Assembly (NCBI GenBank): GCA_905178155.1
Contig: CAJINV010000003.1
Location: 7,125,612 to 7,189,611 of the forward strand
Reading direction: 5' to 3'
Origin: Amoebophrya sp. A120
Lineage: Eukaryota; Protista; Dinoflagellata
Length of the DNA stretch: 64,000 nucleotides
The position numbers and the translations under genes are program-made. Below the pieces are notes generated by a model. The model saw only the letters and a program-made list of their open reading frames with translations. It was not told where the DNA came from and made no database searches. Shown in pieces: positions 26,201 through 37,741 of this stretch. Each line of letters begins with the position of its first letter. Positions within the stretch are counted from its first letter, which is position 1.

Positions 26201-26290
26201 GCTTGGGCTTCTCTACGTGTTTTGAATTGCGTACACCGTGTTGTTCGAAAACAGGAGATTCAGCAACAAATTCGGCGTCAACCTGGAAAT
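20258..26290 (-). CDS. Multi-exon coding region of unknown function (possibly the N-terminal part of the Mei2-like gene)
   Basis: ORF pieces join in frame after removing elements (ERKKFS|WDQFKESS, ELAALA|ESDLLD, MKPTSL|FNIPPAG). Some canonical GT-AG introns. Confidence 0.55.
20375..20620. mobile_element. TAT...ATA introner, TSD ACTGA
   Basis: TIR TATGG..CTCAAACGTTAC..ATTCTCAACTGTTACATGAA.TTTGT.ATGCA. ACTGA at 20370-20374 and 20621-20625. In-frame join. Confidence 0.92.
21005..23611. mobile_element. 2.6-kb non-autonomous TIR element (PIF/Harbinger-like) with CpG-saturated interior, TSD TAA
   Basis: 92-bp perfect TIRs (21005-21096 and 23520-23611) starting GAGCGGGGTAACAAA. TAA on both flanks. 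Confidence 0.95.
24742..25000. mobile_element. TAT...ATA introner, TSD TACTA/TGCTA
   Basis: TIR TATC.AATGCAAAA.TGT.TGGGTCTGGAA, similar to the 19047 element. Three TGTCATGC copies. In-frame join. Confidence 0.9.
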
Positions 26291-27368
26291 AATTATAATA
26301 ATAGTGAAACGAACTTAGCCTCCCCCTTTGCTATAATCTATAGGAGGCACTTAGAAAAATAATTCTAAACGAATGTGCTTAGAAGGTCTCGTCTAGAAGC
26401 TTCGTGTAACAGATTCAACGCGTTCCCGTTATCTGTACGCCATACCGTCGGGCAGAGAGAGTGTTATGCTGCACGTCCTGGCGAGCAGCAGAACAAAGCC
26501 GCGCATCAACTTCAGTGTGATTTTGATACAGAAAGCGTCGACAAGCCCGACTGCCCCTGTTTTCCCCCCCGAAAACAGGGATCAACTCCTCGGGCATCAC
26601 TTTCCGGCATGGCAAAAGTGATGGCCAAGAGCTCCCCGGCCATCCCTTTGCCTTCGCTCGGGCAAAAGTGATGGCCGGGAGCTCCTTGGCCATCACTTTT
26701 TGCCCCTGCTTTTCGTTCGGGCAAAAGTGATGGCCAGAAGCTCCTCGGCTTTTTACTCGGGCATGGGACACGGGCTCCTTGGCCGTCACTTTCGCTCCGG
26801 CCGGGCCAAAGTGGTGGCCAAGAGCGCCTCCTGGGTGGGCCATCGTTTCCGGCCGGGCCAAAGCGATGGCCAAAAGCCTCCCCTGGGCCATCACTTCTCG
26901 ATCGGGCAAAAGTGATGGCTGGCCAAGAGTTCCATGGCCATCACTTTTCGCTCGCTCAGGCAAAATTGGGGGCCAAGAAGAGCTCCTTGGATGGGCGCCG
27001 CTTTTGGACATCGCTCGTCGGTCGGGCATAACTGACGGCAGAGAGCCCCTTGGCCGTCAATTTCCGTTCGCTCGGGCAACCAAAAGCGACGGCGCGGCCA
27101 GGAGCCCCTTGGCCACCAATTTTCACTCGGGCAAAAGTGAGGGTTGCGAGCTCCTTGGCCATCACTTTCCGGCCGGGCAAGAGTGAGGGCCAGGAGTCCC
27201 CTGGCCATCGCTTTCCGGTCGAGCAAGCGTTTACTTCCTGTCTCTCCGGGCAAAAATGACGGCCAGGAGCTCCTTGGCCATCCATGACCTTCCGCCCAGG
27301 CAATTGCGTACACCGTGTTGTTCGAAAACAGGAGATTCAGCAACAAATTCGGCGTCAACCTGGAAATA
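26225..27368. mobile_element. 1.0-kb insertion (26292-27301) flanked by a perfect 67-bp direct repeat
   Basis: 26225-26291 is identical to 27302-27368. Confidence 0.9.
26580..27295. repeat. Tandem array of ~43-bp palindromic units (AAAGTGATGGCCARGAGCTCCTTGGCCATCACTTT)
   Basis: About 15 degenerate self-complementary units separated by short CGCTCGGGC-like linkers. Confidence 0.9.
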
Positions 27369-27380
27369 GGTATGAATAAG

Positions 27381-27863
27381 GTAACAAGGAATCTAGACGT
27401 GACCGGGGGGGTCACGTCCGTCCGGCCGGCCGGACGGACGGCACGTGACCGGGGGTCCGTCGTGGCGCTAGGAGGTGGTGGCCGCGGTGGACCGCGCGCC
27501 CGGGCAACTAAAAAAAAAAAAAGGTCATGAGCTCGGTCCTTCACTGAAGAACTGCAACTGCCTCTCTTCGTCACGCTCCGCCCCCGGTCACGCGGCCGGG
27601 GGCTGTTAGCTAGCTCGGGCGCCCAACTAAAAAAAAAAAGGTCATGAGTTCGGTCTTTCACGGAAAAACAAAAAAAGGCACGACTCTTGCCCCTGGTCCG
27701 CCGTCGGTGACGCGGCCGGGGGCTTCTAGCTACCGAGGGCCAAAGTTGCTGCGGCATTCAGCGCCGAACTCGCCCCGAGGCCGGACTACCCCCGGTCACG
27801 TGCCGTCCGTCCGGCCGGACGGACGGACGTGACCCCCCCGGTCACGTCGAGGTTCCCTGTTAC
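27381..27863. mobile_element. GC-rich MITE with nested palindromes (exact ends and TSD ambiguous)
   Basis: TIR GTAACA.GGAA.CT.GACGTGACCGGGGGGGTCACGTCCGTCC...; internal direct repeat GGGCAACTAAAAAAAAAAAGGTCATGAG. Confidence 0.85.
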
Positions 27864-28226
27864 TATATTCTATAAGTCAATGTAGTTTGATTATTCATCG
27901 TCGCCGCCAACATCACTGACCAACTAGATCGATGAAAGTAGTAAACAAGAACTCAAAACTACATCGCCTCACGCTCACCTGTTCGGAATGTTTCGCAGCA
28001 TAACACTGGTTCCTGGGTATGCGCCATCTTCGGGAAAGTCTGTCGTCTTATGCAAGGAACTAAGTCTCAGTGAGCAGTTAACGCAGAAACATTTTTTCCT
28101 TTTATTTGCATTCGTAAAAACTGTGATGGTATTTATCACGTTGGAGCGTTCATCCTCTTTATTTTGGTACTGCCGTGGTCATGGTCTGTCATTCGCCCAC
28201 GTTTTTATCGTAGCACTTTCTTTCAA

Positions 28227-28260
28227 CACCACCACCACCACCACCACCACCACGACGACC
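28227..28260. repeat. (CAC)n microsatellite
   Basis: Direct reading. Confidence 0.85.
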
Positions 28261-30154
28261 AGTTGTCATCTCCATCTGGAGCTGGAAGTGATGTTCGACG
28301 TAATGCACCACTCACTCATTGATTTTCTAGGTCATACATCTTCGGCAGTCGCGGGATACGCACTCCATTTGAATACGAACCGGAGGAGTAGTTTCTGTTT
28401 TGTTTTCTTTTGGAAGTTGCGATTTCTCTGGAAGGGTGGCGAAAGGTTGCTACTGTATAATATATGGCCACACAACAAAGTTGACCATGAGTGGTCTGCG
28501 TCGGTTTCGGGTAGACAAAGCAGCAGCAAGTATTGCAAGGTGAAGGTAAGTAGCAACGCAATCATAACCATAAACATGTGCCGCAGATGAGGAGAAGGAG
28601 TAGTATAGCCATGCCTGAGTGACGGTTCTTGAAGTTATTGTTTATACCGGCTCCGACGGTACATGCTCCCATCTTTGCTCTTGCGACCCGCAGGCGCAGA
28701 GTTGATATCATCGCGGCCCATAAGCTGCACACCCGGCACGCCAGTGTATGCAACGAAAATATTACGATCTGAGCCAATATTTTTTTTCCAGTCAGACTCA
28801 GAGTGGAAATAGAATCGAGCCAATCAATGAAGATGCAAGTGGTCACTTTATGTTGCTATAGGTCATGCTACCTCCCTCTGCTACGGATACACAATCTTTT
28901 TAACACTCTTCTCTGCGTTTCTGGTCTTCCACAACAATTTGATGGATGCAGTTCAGCATCAGCAGCTCTTCTTGGTGTAGGTATCTATGTTCTTGTTGGC
29001 CTTGGCATGCTGGTTGTAGTTATATTTTCTCAATCTGATAGAGGTCCACTGGGATTCATGGCGAGTACATCCTCTAGCGGACCTGTTTGCACCAGGCCAA
29101 CAACAAATTCAAACAGTCGACGCTGCGCCGACGGGCTCGAGTGGTCGAATATGTGCACACACGCCCGCTCAATCTGTGTCGCTGTTAACGTCGAATCTAT
29201 CACTTGGGAAAGTACGCTTCTACCGCATCAACAACAAATTAATACAGTTGGCGTGCTGGGAACAGCATGCAAAACAAACAATACATGCAAATGAAAACCT
29301 CCAGTCCCGTGATGGCTTCCTCAGGCGAAAAAATTAACACTATACTCGTCTATTTCATGATGAAAATCATAAAATCAATATCAACCACTTGTTTTGTCGT
29401 GTATGTCATCCGCGGCAAAATTACATTTTCGCCAAGAAAATAAGAGCTACTCGTGGTTGTAAACCATATTTCCATGAAAACAATAGAAAAGTATGAATTG
29501 GCTGCATCGACATCATACCGCTCACGTATCAACCGGCGCTGTTTTTCTTTTTTCTCTGTATGTTGGGCTTGGGACGACCGCAAAATAAAAACTGCCGCGA
29601 CGTCATTGTGGCAGTGTCCATGTCCAGACAAGCAGGTAGTTTAAGCTATACAGATAGAAGCAGCACGCCGAACATCAGCGACTACAAAGAGTAGCGCGCA
29701 CGCTGAAGCACAATTTCCCGCCTGATAGCATCCCTCGCCCCCACCTGCTGCTGCTGCTGATCCTCTCTGAAAGGAAAATGCATAAAAATTTTCCATTCTG
29801 CGAAATCGAAATTCTGTAGATTCGTATTTCTTCTGCTTCGCTAGAAAGAGAAACTTCACTAGTATGAAATTGAACTTACGTGCATTTCTGTCAAATTCGC
29901 TTCGTTTATTTACGTTTCCGGCTCATTGTTTGCCCTTCTATCATTGCAAGTCATCAACATCCCAGCTCTTGGCGCTCGTGTACTTGTTTTGCTATGGGGC
30001 TGTAGCATCCGCGTCAAACTCTTTCTTGGATGCTGGGAGCAAGCCGATCTGGGATTTGCTGAAAAATCCAAGCAAAGAAATAAAGTAATGTAACTTCCGG
30101 CCTCATTTTGCATGATACATAGTACGGCACTTCAATCAATTCCCAGGAAAATTT

Positions 30155-33070
30155 TCAAAGTTTGTTCCATGTCGTATCGTCACCGCTACCACGACCCGTT
30201 CGCCGTGTATCATCTGCAATAGCCTTCGGCCTAGCACGACTCGCGGCCCTGTAGCGGTTTTGATGTTCATGCGCATGATCGCACTGATAGTTGCTAAAGA
30301 CACCCTTAGAATAGCCCGCCTGCGGGCACCAGTGCTGGCTATTTGGGGTCGGCGGATTTGGAAGTCGGCTTGAAGTCCTCGTTGTAATCTCTTCTATCAT
30401 GTCACGACTGTCAATCGAAATCGTGGGCCGTGGCGAATTATTTGAGTCTGCTGTTTCACTTTCATATCTCGTGCAGCGTATTGCACTATCCTCTTCGCTG
30501 TCGTAGTATTCCGCGGCGTTTGTAATTGTAAGCGTAGTTTGTAAGTGTAACATAACACGTATAAATATAATCCCTTTCTGAATCTTCTACATGAGTTTTT
30601 TACATTCTTTCAGTCGAAGCAGACGACGTGGTGCCGGATGCTGGAGTAGTAGTACTAGTAGAAGAGTTTTACTTATGTTTGCATTTGGTAAAAGCAAGCA
30701 GCACTGTGCGGAAAGTAAGTACCCTGTTGCCCCGGCCGGTCCTCGACCGTCGCGGCGGGGGCGGCTGCGGCTTTGGCTTTGCTGCCCGTAGCGCCGCGCG
30801 TCTGGATCTTGGTAGCTCCCGCCCTTCCAAGTGCTTGCAGGGTACAAGGCGTTGCTCCTGCCAGCGCCCCTCAACTGTGCTCGGGCATTCTTGTCATGCC
30901 GCGCAGCGATTCTTCGCTGTTCTTCCTCGGAGTAAGCCCCTCGATTGGGAAAAGGTCGGCTGTGATAAGTATACTCCCCAACTAGTCCGCGCTCCGCCGC
31001 CGCGGCACGGGATTGCTCGCGGAGCCGTTGTTCCTGCTCGTGCTCCTGGTCCAGCATGGACGTCGAGGAGCTTGGGCCCGCCTGCTGCATATTATTGCGG
31101 CTCGATGTCGCGTGAGTTGTTCCAGCACTTGAAAAGGAATCGTAGTCGACCGAGGAAGGTCCTGCAACTCCACGTCGGTCTTGCCCATGTTGTTGTTGTC
31201 GGTTAATATTTGTGGCATCGTACGAAAAAAGTGGCTCACTGTACATCAACAGCTCTCTTCTTCTTTATGCTTTTTTTTTTGCATCTTCACATGGTTTCTC
31301 TACGTGGCAGTGAAAAGTTGCTATGCATGCGAGGTCTGTTACCGACCTCGCATTTTTTTCTTACAGACCGTCTGTAAGAAAAAATACACATGAATAAAAT
31401 CCAGTGTCCTGCGTCATGTGATGTAGCAAGACCACTAGAAAGACTTCTGTGTTGGGTCTGCTGCTGCATCACAAGTCCAGTACTACAGTGAAGCAGTTTC
31501 ATCTTCTGCGTGCGGTAAGTATCAGCATAGCGGTCCACCTCCTGCCGGAAGGCGGAGTAGGATGGCGGCCCAGAAGACAGCTCCTCCTCATCTTCATGAT
31601 CCAACAGGAGCTCCTGGCGCAGAGCTTCAAAGCGGCGCCCATACTCCTGCTCGCTGCTGGCGGAACCGGGGTGGTCCACCGGGCGCTGGGAACCAAACGG
31701 AGAGGACGCGCCCCGGACGTTGCGCGACGCGGTGGTCCACGATCCCTTCGTGTATGCGGAGCCCGCCGCCGGGCTGGGGTTAATATTCCGGCTCCCACCT
31801 CCCGGACCCGCGTGCGATCGCGAGGTCGAATCCGGCCGAGAATCACGTTGTCGTGCAGCGCGGAACTCCCGCGAGTCGTCGGCTCTCCCGGCGGTGTAGC
31901 CGCCCACAGCGTGGTCCTGCGGTCCAACCGTACTGCCTTTGTTTCCCGTTGCCACGCCTCGGGGAGCAACATGTTGTGGACCGCGGCTGGAAGAAAATCC
32001 GTGCGTCGAGCCTTTTGCTTTTCCTTTCTGGTACGATTTACCGCCGTATCAGAGTGCAAAACTCCCCCTTCATCCACTCATTTGGATGTTGGCATCCACG
32101 GCAACACAAGCGCTGGGAAATAAGATGCAGCTTTTGTACTAGGACAAATTATTCACGACCAATTCTAGTACTCTTTCGGTTTCCGAAACCTGTCACGCAA
32201 GCCTTGCCAAGGGGCAAAGGGTGGATTTGGTATTCTGCATGACAAAGGAAATGTTGAGGGGGAGGGGCCGTTGCGCAATCTCATATGCCGGTGGTTTCCG
32301 CCATCGAACTACCGGGCGCGCTGCCAATTCCCCCGCGTCTAGCGCTATCAAAATGAAAAATTCCCCCTCCCCATATTGAAAAGCTATGTTTTCGAAAATT
32401 TGCGTTGCTGATTTGAGGTCACAAATCACATGTGTCTTGCGAGACGGCAAGGGCAGAAGCTTCGGCCCCATTATGGAAGTGATTTGTCATGCTGTCGGGC
32501 TTAAGGGGAGCCGTTTGCCATGCTGAACAACTAGACCCGTACGCCCCTGCCTATCCTGGGGATCTGGCCGCAATGCCTTTCTGCAGTACAAAGCTGATTT
32601 GTGTACACAAATCCAGCATCAGAAGTTTCGTTTTGATATGGGGAGGGGGGATTTTTCCTTGCAATAAGCGCCCTTGCGTGCCTTGTCCTCTCGCAGGTGT
32701 TGCTGGGAAGCATAAGTGGCGGCCGCGCCAAACGGTCCTCTGCCTCCACCAGACATATTTTGGCTTTGCTCGCGCTCGCCCTGACCCTGAGTCGAGGCGG
32801 AATCTCCCCTGTTGTTGTTGACGGTGCCAACGTACGCGTCGTGTATGCAGACGTCATTACGGACTTGTTCACACTACAAGAATCAATGTGTACCACATGA
32901 TGAGCTGCCTTTTTTTCTTCGTAAGAAAAGCAGCACGTCTGTTGCGTCAAGATATTTTTATTCCAACACGAAGCACGACGCGGACACAGCGACTGAATGG
33001 TAACAACATGATGATCCGCATCCGGCGCCAGGCCCAAAGGCGTGGCAAAAACAGTTCTTTTTCGATCCAT
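30155..33070 (-). CDS. Multi-exon low-complexity (S/R/G/Q-rich) protein of unknown function
   Basis: Collinear minus-strand ORFs 30155-30553, 30587-31249, 31287-31955, 32193-33070. Join RHARAL|DAGELAA after introner removal. Confidence 0.55.
32346..32666. mobile_element. TAT...ATA introner, TSD AGCGC
   Basis: TIR TAT..AA.GAAAAAT.CCCCCTCCCCATAT. AGCGC at 32341-32345 and 32667-32671. Same TIR subfamily as 46645. Confidence 0.9.
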
Positions 33071-33582
33071 CGCAATAAGGCACGATACGTTACAGGAGAG
33101 CAGCGTCAGGCGAAGAAAGCAGAACTGGAGAGAGGCGTCACAGACATTATACTGGTGCGCCGACTGGAATCATGCGAATGCCAAATGGTGCTGCTTTTTC
33201 GTGTTTGTGTTTCCATGCACGACCTCCATGTTGAACTTCTGATAGTACAGATAGACGTTGTGCATTGAATTTACACTTAAGTACAGAGATTTAGTTCATC
33301 TCTTTCTGTTGGACGACGATAGAAAAACTCGCCTTCGAGTTTGATGAAATGGTCCGGTCCGACGCTGACATACTGCGAGACTGCGATTGATACTGGTGCT
33401 TTCCTCCTTGAGCCCGGTGTTCGTCCGGCATCCATGCCTCGTTGCTTTTACCAGAAGCCTATGCACTTTTGCAAACGTTAACGTATCGTATTATATATAG
33501 GCGTTGTTCTACTAGGTAAAATGCACGAGCTTTCCCATGATGTGCTGATCATCATGATGAAGTTGATCATGATGAGGATCAT

Positions 33583-35086
33583 CACAAAAGGGTACGCATT
33601 CCCTGCAAACACGTGCATCTACTTCACCCCTTCGACTGCGACGAGGGAGGCCGTTTCCAGTGGAAATGTAGCGCGACCTCCCACAACGTGGCAACTGGTA
33701 ACGAGCCTCAGGCTGACGATCCGTACCCTGTTGGGACCCTTCCCGGAAAGCCTGAGACACATCAAGCGCCGTACTAAAGCAACAGGCAGTGATCCGCCAG
33801 ACCCTCCAGCCACAAGGCAAACGCCCTTTCTAACTATCCTACAAACCCAAAGTGGAAAGTGAATCTATGGAGGCGCGAACAGCGAGAAAATCCGCCTAGA
33901 TCCTCTAGGGCCACGACCTCCAGGGAGAGCTCGGAAAGAAGCAGCAGCTACTTAACTTCTGAGAATAGAAAGCACCAGAGCAGATCAGCTCCTGGTTGTA
34001 AATAACCAGCGCCCCAACGCCACAAACAACTCTCCACCTAGAAGTCCCTGCACGGAAAACGCCCCTCGTGCTCGTCCGGCTAAGTTGCCAAAACACGAGC
34101 AACCCTGAAAGAAGTCAACATCCCTTTTGGGAGAAAAAAGGCTGCCGCTAGTGCTGTAGCTGCTCTGAGGAACATGTGCTGCAAAATTTTACCCGCTGGA
34201 GAAGGCACTCACATGCATTGCCCCCGCTGGCCCTCCTCTACCGCCAAAACCCCCCCGCATCCGTTGGGGGAGGCCCCAACTAGCTAGCAATGCCCTCACC
34301 GGCTATCTACTACCGGAAACTTCCCCCCGCTGGGGGAGGTCCTCAGCGACAATGCCCTCAGTGGCCCTTCACTATCGCAAACTTCCCCCCGCTAGGGCGC
34401 GCGGGGACGCCCTCACTGACATAGCCCTCACTGGCTAAAAAAATACAGCAAACTTCCCCCAACTGGGGGAGGCCCTCACTGGCATTGCCCTCACTGGCTA
34501 AAAAATACAGCGAACTCCCCCCCGCCGGGGGAGGCACTCACTGGCATTGCCCTCACTGGCTATATACTAACGCAAACTTCCCCCCGCTGGGGGAGGCCCT
34601 CACTGGCATTGCCCTCACTGGCTATAGAACACCGCAAACCTCCCCCCGCTGGGGGAGGCCCTCACTGGCATTGCCCTCACTGGCTATATACCAACGCAAA
34701 CTTCCCCCCGCTGGGAGAGGCCCTCACTGGCATTGCCCTCAATGGCCCGACACTACCGCAAACTTCCCCCCGCTGGGGGAGGCCCTCACTGGCCCTGTGC
34801 TAGGAAAAGAAGTGAATCCTTCACAATCGGACCGAAATCCCAAAACACAAACGGCAGACAGCGTCTGCGTTGGCTCCTTCCAACGACCCCACTCAGAGGG
34901 GCGGAAGACCAACAACCACAGGCATTAGCTTCTAGGGATCTGCCAGCCCATATACAAACAATCAACGGGGAATACTCCCTCCAGTCACTCCTCGAAAATG
35001 ATGATCTACCGGGGTAGATATGTCCACAAAAGGGCACGCATTCCCTGCAAACACGTGCATCTACTTCACCCCTTCGACTGCGTCGA
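33583..35086. mobile_element. 1.38-kb insertion (33645-35024) flanked by a 62-bp direct repeat with 2 mismatches
   Basis: CACAAAAGGGYACGCATTCCCTGC...TTCGACTGCGWCGA at 33583-33644 and 35025-35086. Confidence 0.88.
34190..34795. repeat. ~61-bp minisatellite (CAAACTTCCCCCCGCTGGGGGAGGCCCTCACTGGCATTGCCCTCACTGGCTA + variable ~10 nt)
   Basis: About 10 units, decaying toward the left. Confidence 0.92.
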
Positions 35087-36879
35087 TCTTGCAGCCGCGC
35101 AGGCATCCCCTTTGCCCTTTCGGGGCTCTGAAGTAGTAAAACTGTTAGGAAGCAGCTAACGCGCGGGATGCGAAAACTATGCAGCGCCGCCATAATATTG
35201 CGCCCCTCCTTCCAAACTTTGGAAGAGCTGCTCAAGCCCTGCCCGGGCTCCCGGGCAATGATGGCCGTAGGCCGGTGGCCCAGGGCCCCAGGCATTGGTG
35301 ATGAGATCCGCCCCCGAAGGGCGTCGCAACCATCGACCCCGGAGGGGGACCTGTTTGGGTGAGGGAAAATGGATCATAGCATGCTGTCTAGAGACGGCGT
35401 TTACGGTTTTTGAGGGTAGTGGAGAAATCCGAGGAAAAAGACATCACTTTGGCACCATTTCGAGGCCAAAAATTGCAAATCCCAGAAAAACCGTAAACGC
35501 CTTACCTAGACAGCACGCTATGATCCATTTGCCCCCAATCAAACTGGGGCAAGCACGCGAGCACACTTTCTGGACAGGGAAATCGAGTATAGCGTGGTGG
35601 CTAGAGAGGGTGTTTACGGTTTTTAGGGTCGATTTTATACAAAGCAGCAGGCTTATGCCCACGCCCAACAAGGGCGAGCGAGTGGTCGCGCGGTTGTAAA
35701 AGCCCTGGCGCGACGCGGAACAATCTGGGGCCCGGCAATGGACGGAATTGCATGCCCCCGTCCGCAGGGTCCATCCCGCTTCCATGGGCCAGATATACCC
35801 GAGCCCGAGGGCAAGACCAGGTCGGAAATGGTCCAACAAAAGACGGCGCACTAGCCCCAAAGCGAGTTTTTTTTTTGATTCAAAAGCGAATCCGCTGAAT
35901 TTGTTAAATCAAAGAAACAGCCCGGGTTTCAAGGGTAGAAAGGCCACTTCTGCAACCCCGAACAAAGGATCCGACCAAGGATCCGACCAATGTTCAAAGT
36001 CTCCAATCACGGCGGTATGGCAAAAGCGTCAGAGGCGAGAAAAAAGTTCCTAAAAAGTTCCGATCAAGATCCGATAAAGTTCCGATCAAGATCCTGTCGA
36101 GAGGACACTTTTTTTGTCGCTTCTCCTGGCCTCTCCCCCGACGAGAATCTATGGATTTGGCGGCGCAAAAAAAGTGGCATCTGAGAGGACCTTGATCGGA
36201 ATTTGATCGGAACTTTTGAAAATGGAGGCGGCGGCCATGAACTCCGGAAGATGGCCCCATACCCGGCCGCATTCCCCTGGAAAACGCCCCTGAGTACGAA
36301 AATTGTGCCGCGGGGAGACAACTCCCACCCTTGTTTGACATGCTTTCTGCAGGATTGGCCTGCCGATCCCCGCGACCCCAAGAAGCAAAACACTTGGCGC
36401 CGTATGGCGCCAAAGGCCATCGCCTCTCTGCGGGCTCCCGGATGCTGGGCAGGTAGAATGCCTGCAGTCGAAACACCTCTGCGCCACCCCCTTCCCAATG
36501 TCCACGACCACCACGAAAAAACTACAGAAGCACACCAGACAGGGGGGGCAAAAGGACACGCTGGCCGCGGCGGGCGGCGCGTTCCCCAACGGCTGGCCCG
36601 TGCCAAGTTTTGCGTGGCCGTAAAGTACCGACAAGCCCCCGCAACAGGAAAAAAAATCGCGCTTCCCAAACAGGGCCGCTCTCGGGATAGGCTCGGCAGC
36701 TATGCGACACGCTCAGAAAGGGCCGCGCGAATTTGCTATACAAAGGAGGCAAAGCGAAGGCCAAAACATTGGGCCTGATTCGTAATTTCGGGGCGCCGAA
36801 GTAGCCCAGCGGCCAGGATCTTGCATCTACGCATTCCCTGCAAACACGTGCATCTACTTCACCCCTTCGACTGCGACGA
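35087..36879. mobile_element. 1.74-kb insertion (35087-36827) followed by a third, 52-bp copy of the same target sequence (36828-36879)
   Basis: Third repeat copy read directly. The first ~557 bp are near-identical to 59102-59659. Internal inverted repeats and TCCGATCAA repeats. Confidence 0.88.
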
Positions 36880-37146
36880 CACGCGGCAGGACGAAAAAAA
36901 GCGGCATCATGGTGCCACGAAATTTCTAATACCACCGTCCTCGAGTTACATGCCTCTTGGTGCATGTAGTCACAGACGCAGTTGCTAAAAAGATGAAAAG
37001 TAGAGGCCTAGCATAATGTTGCTGTTGCAGCACTAAAACTATTAGTTTGGTGGAAAAGTATTCTACCTTTTTGTCACCACGCTGATGCACCACAACGATC
37101 CAGCACCTACTGAAAGTCGCTGTAGTAAGACGAGTAAAAAAATACG

Positions 37147-37741
37147 CTAGTACTTCGCTTGCACAGCATAAACCCGCGCCGATGTTTGTGCAGCCGGGAC
37201 TACGTGCCGGAAAATCTGCACGGTAGGAAAAGGGGTCCTCAACCGGGGAACTGTCACCCCGCCGGCGGTGCCGTTGGCGCTGATCCGAGGTGTTGAGGAC
37301 TTCTTCCCGGTACGACCCCGGTGCTGGAGCTTGAGCTCGCTGCTGGTGCTGGAGGGCACCGCCTATGCATTGCAAAAATGTCACACAACTAGGCACCGCT
37401 TGTAAGTCTGAAAAATAGATTATCGCCCTTTTGAAAGTTGAAGTCGTCATGACGCTGACGGACGTACAAAGATTAAGACAAAGATTATCATTATCGATCT
37501 CTGTTACTATGTTGCAAGACCGGACCATGATCATGCTTTTGCAGTGCATACCGCCAGGTCCACCCGACTGGCTCTCTTGTCTGCCGCGCTCTTGAAGCAC
37601 TGAGAGCAGCTCCGCAATGACCTGACCCTGGTCCGCGTCCGGCAGATCTTGAATTCGTGCCGCCAGCTGCATAGCTTGATTTTGACCCGAAGTAGCATCA
37701 CGATCCCGCAGGATTCGCGACGCAGCACTGGCAACCTTCAA
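37147..37741 (-). CDS. Exons of an unidentified protein
   Basis: ORF KVASAASRILRD...QSGGPGG|ALQHQQRAQ interrupted by an introner. Confidence 0.5.
37364..37550. mobile_element. TAT...ATA introner, TSD CCGCC
   Basis: TIR TATGCAYTGCAAAA. CCGCC at 37359-37363 and 37551-37555. Confidence 0.9.

Noticed and set aside
26580-27295. CRISPR array
   Set aside because: Palindromic units abut with short similar linkers and there are no unique spacers.
31266-31529. Another TAT...ATA introner (TATGC...GCATA)
   Set aside because: No TSD, the TIR does not extend, and excision hits a stop codon.
34190-34795. CRISPR array
   Set aside because: Variable parts are only ~10 nt and related to each other, there are no cas genes, and the context is eukaryotic.
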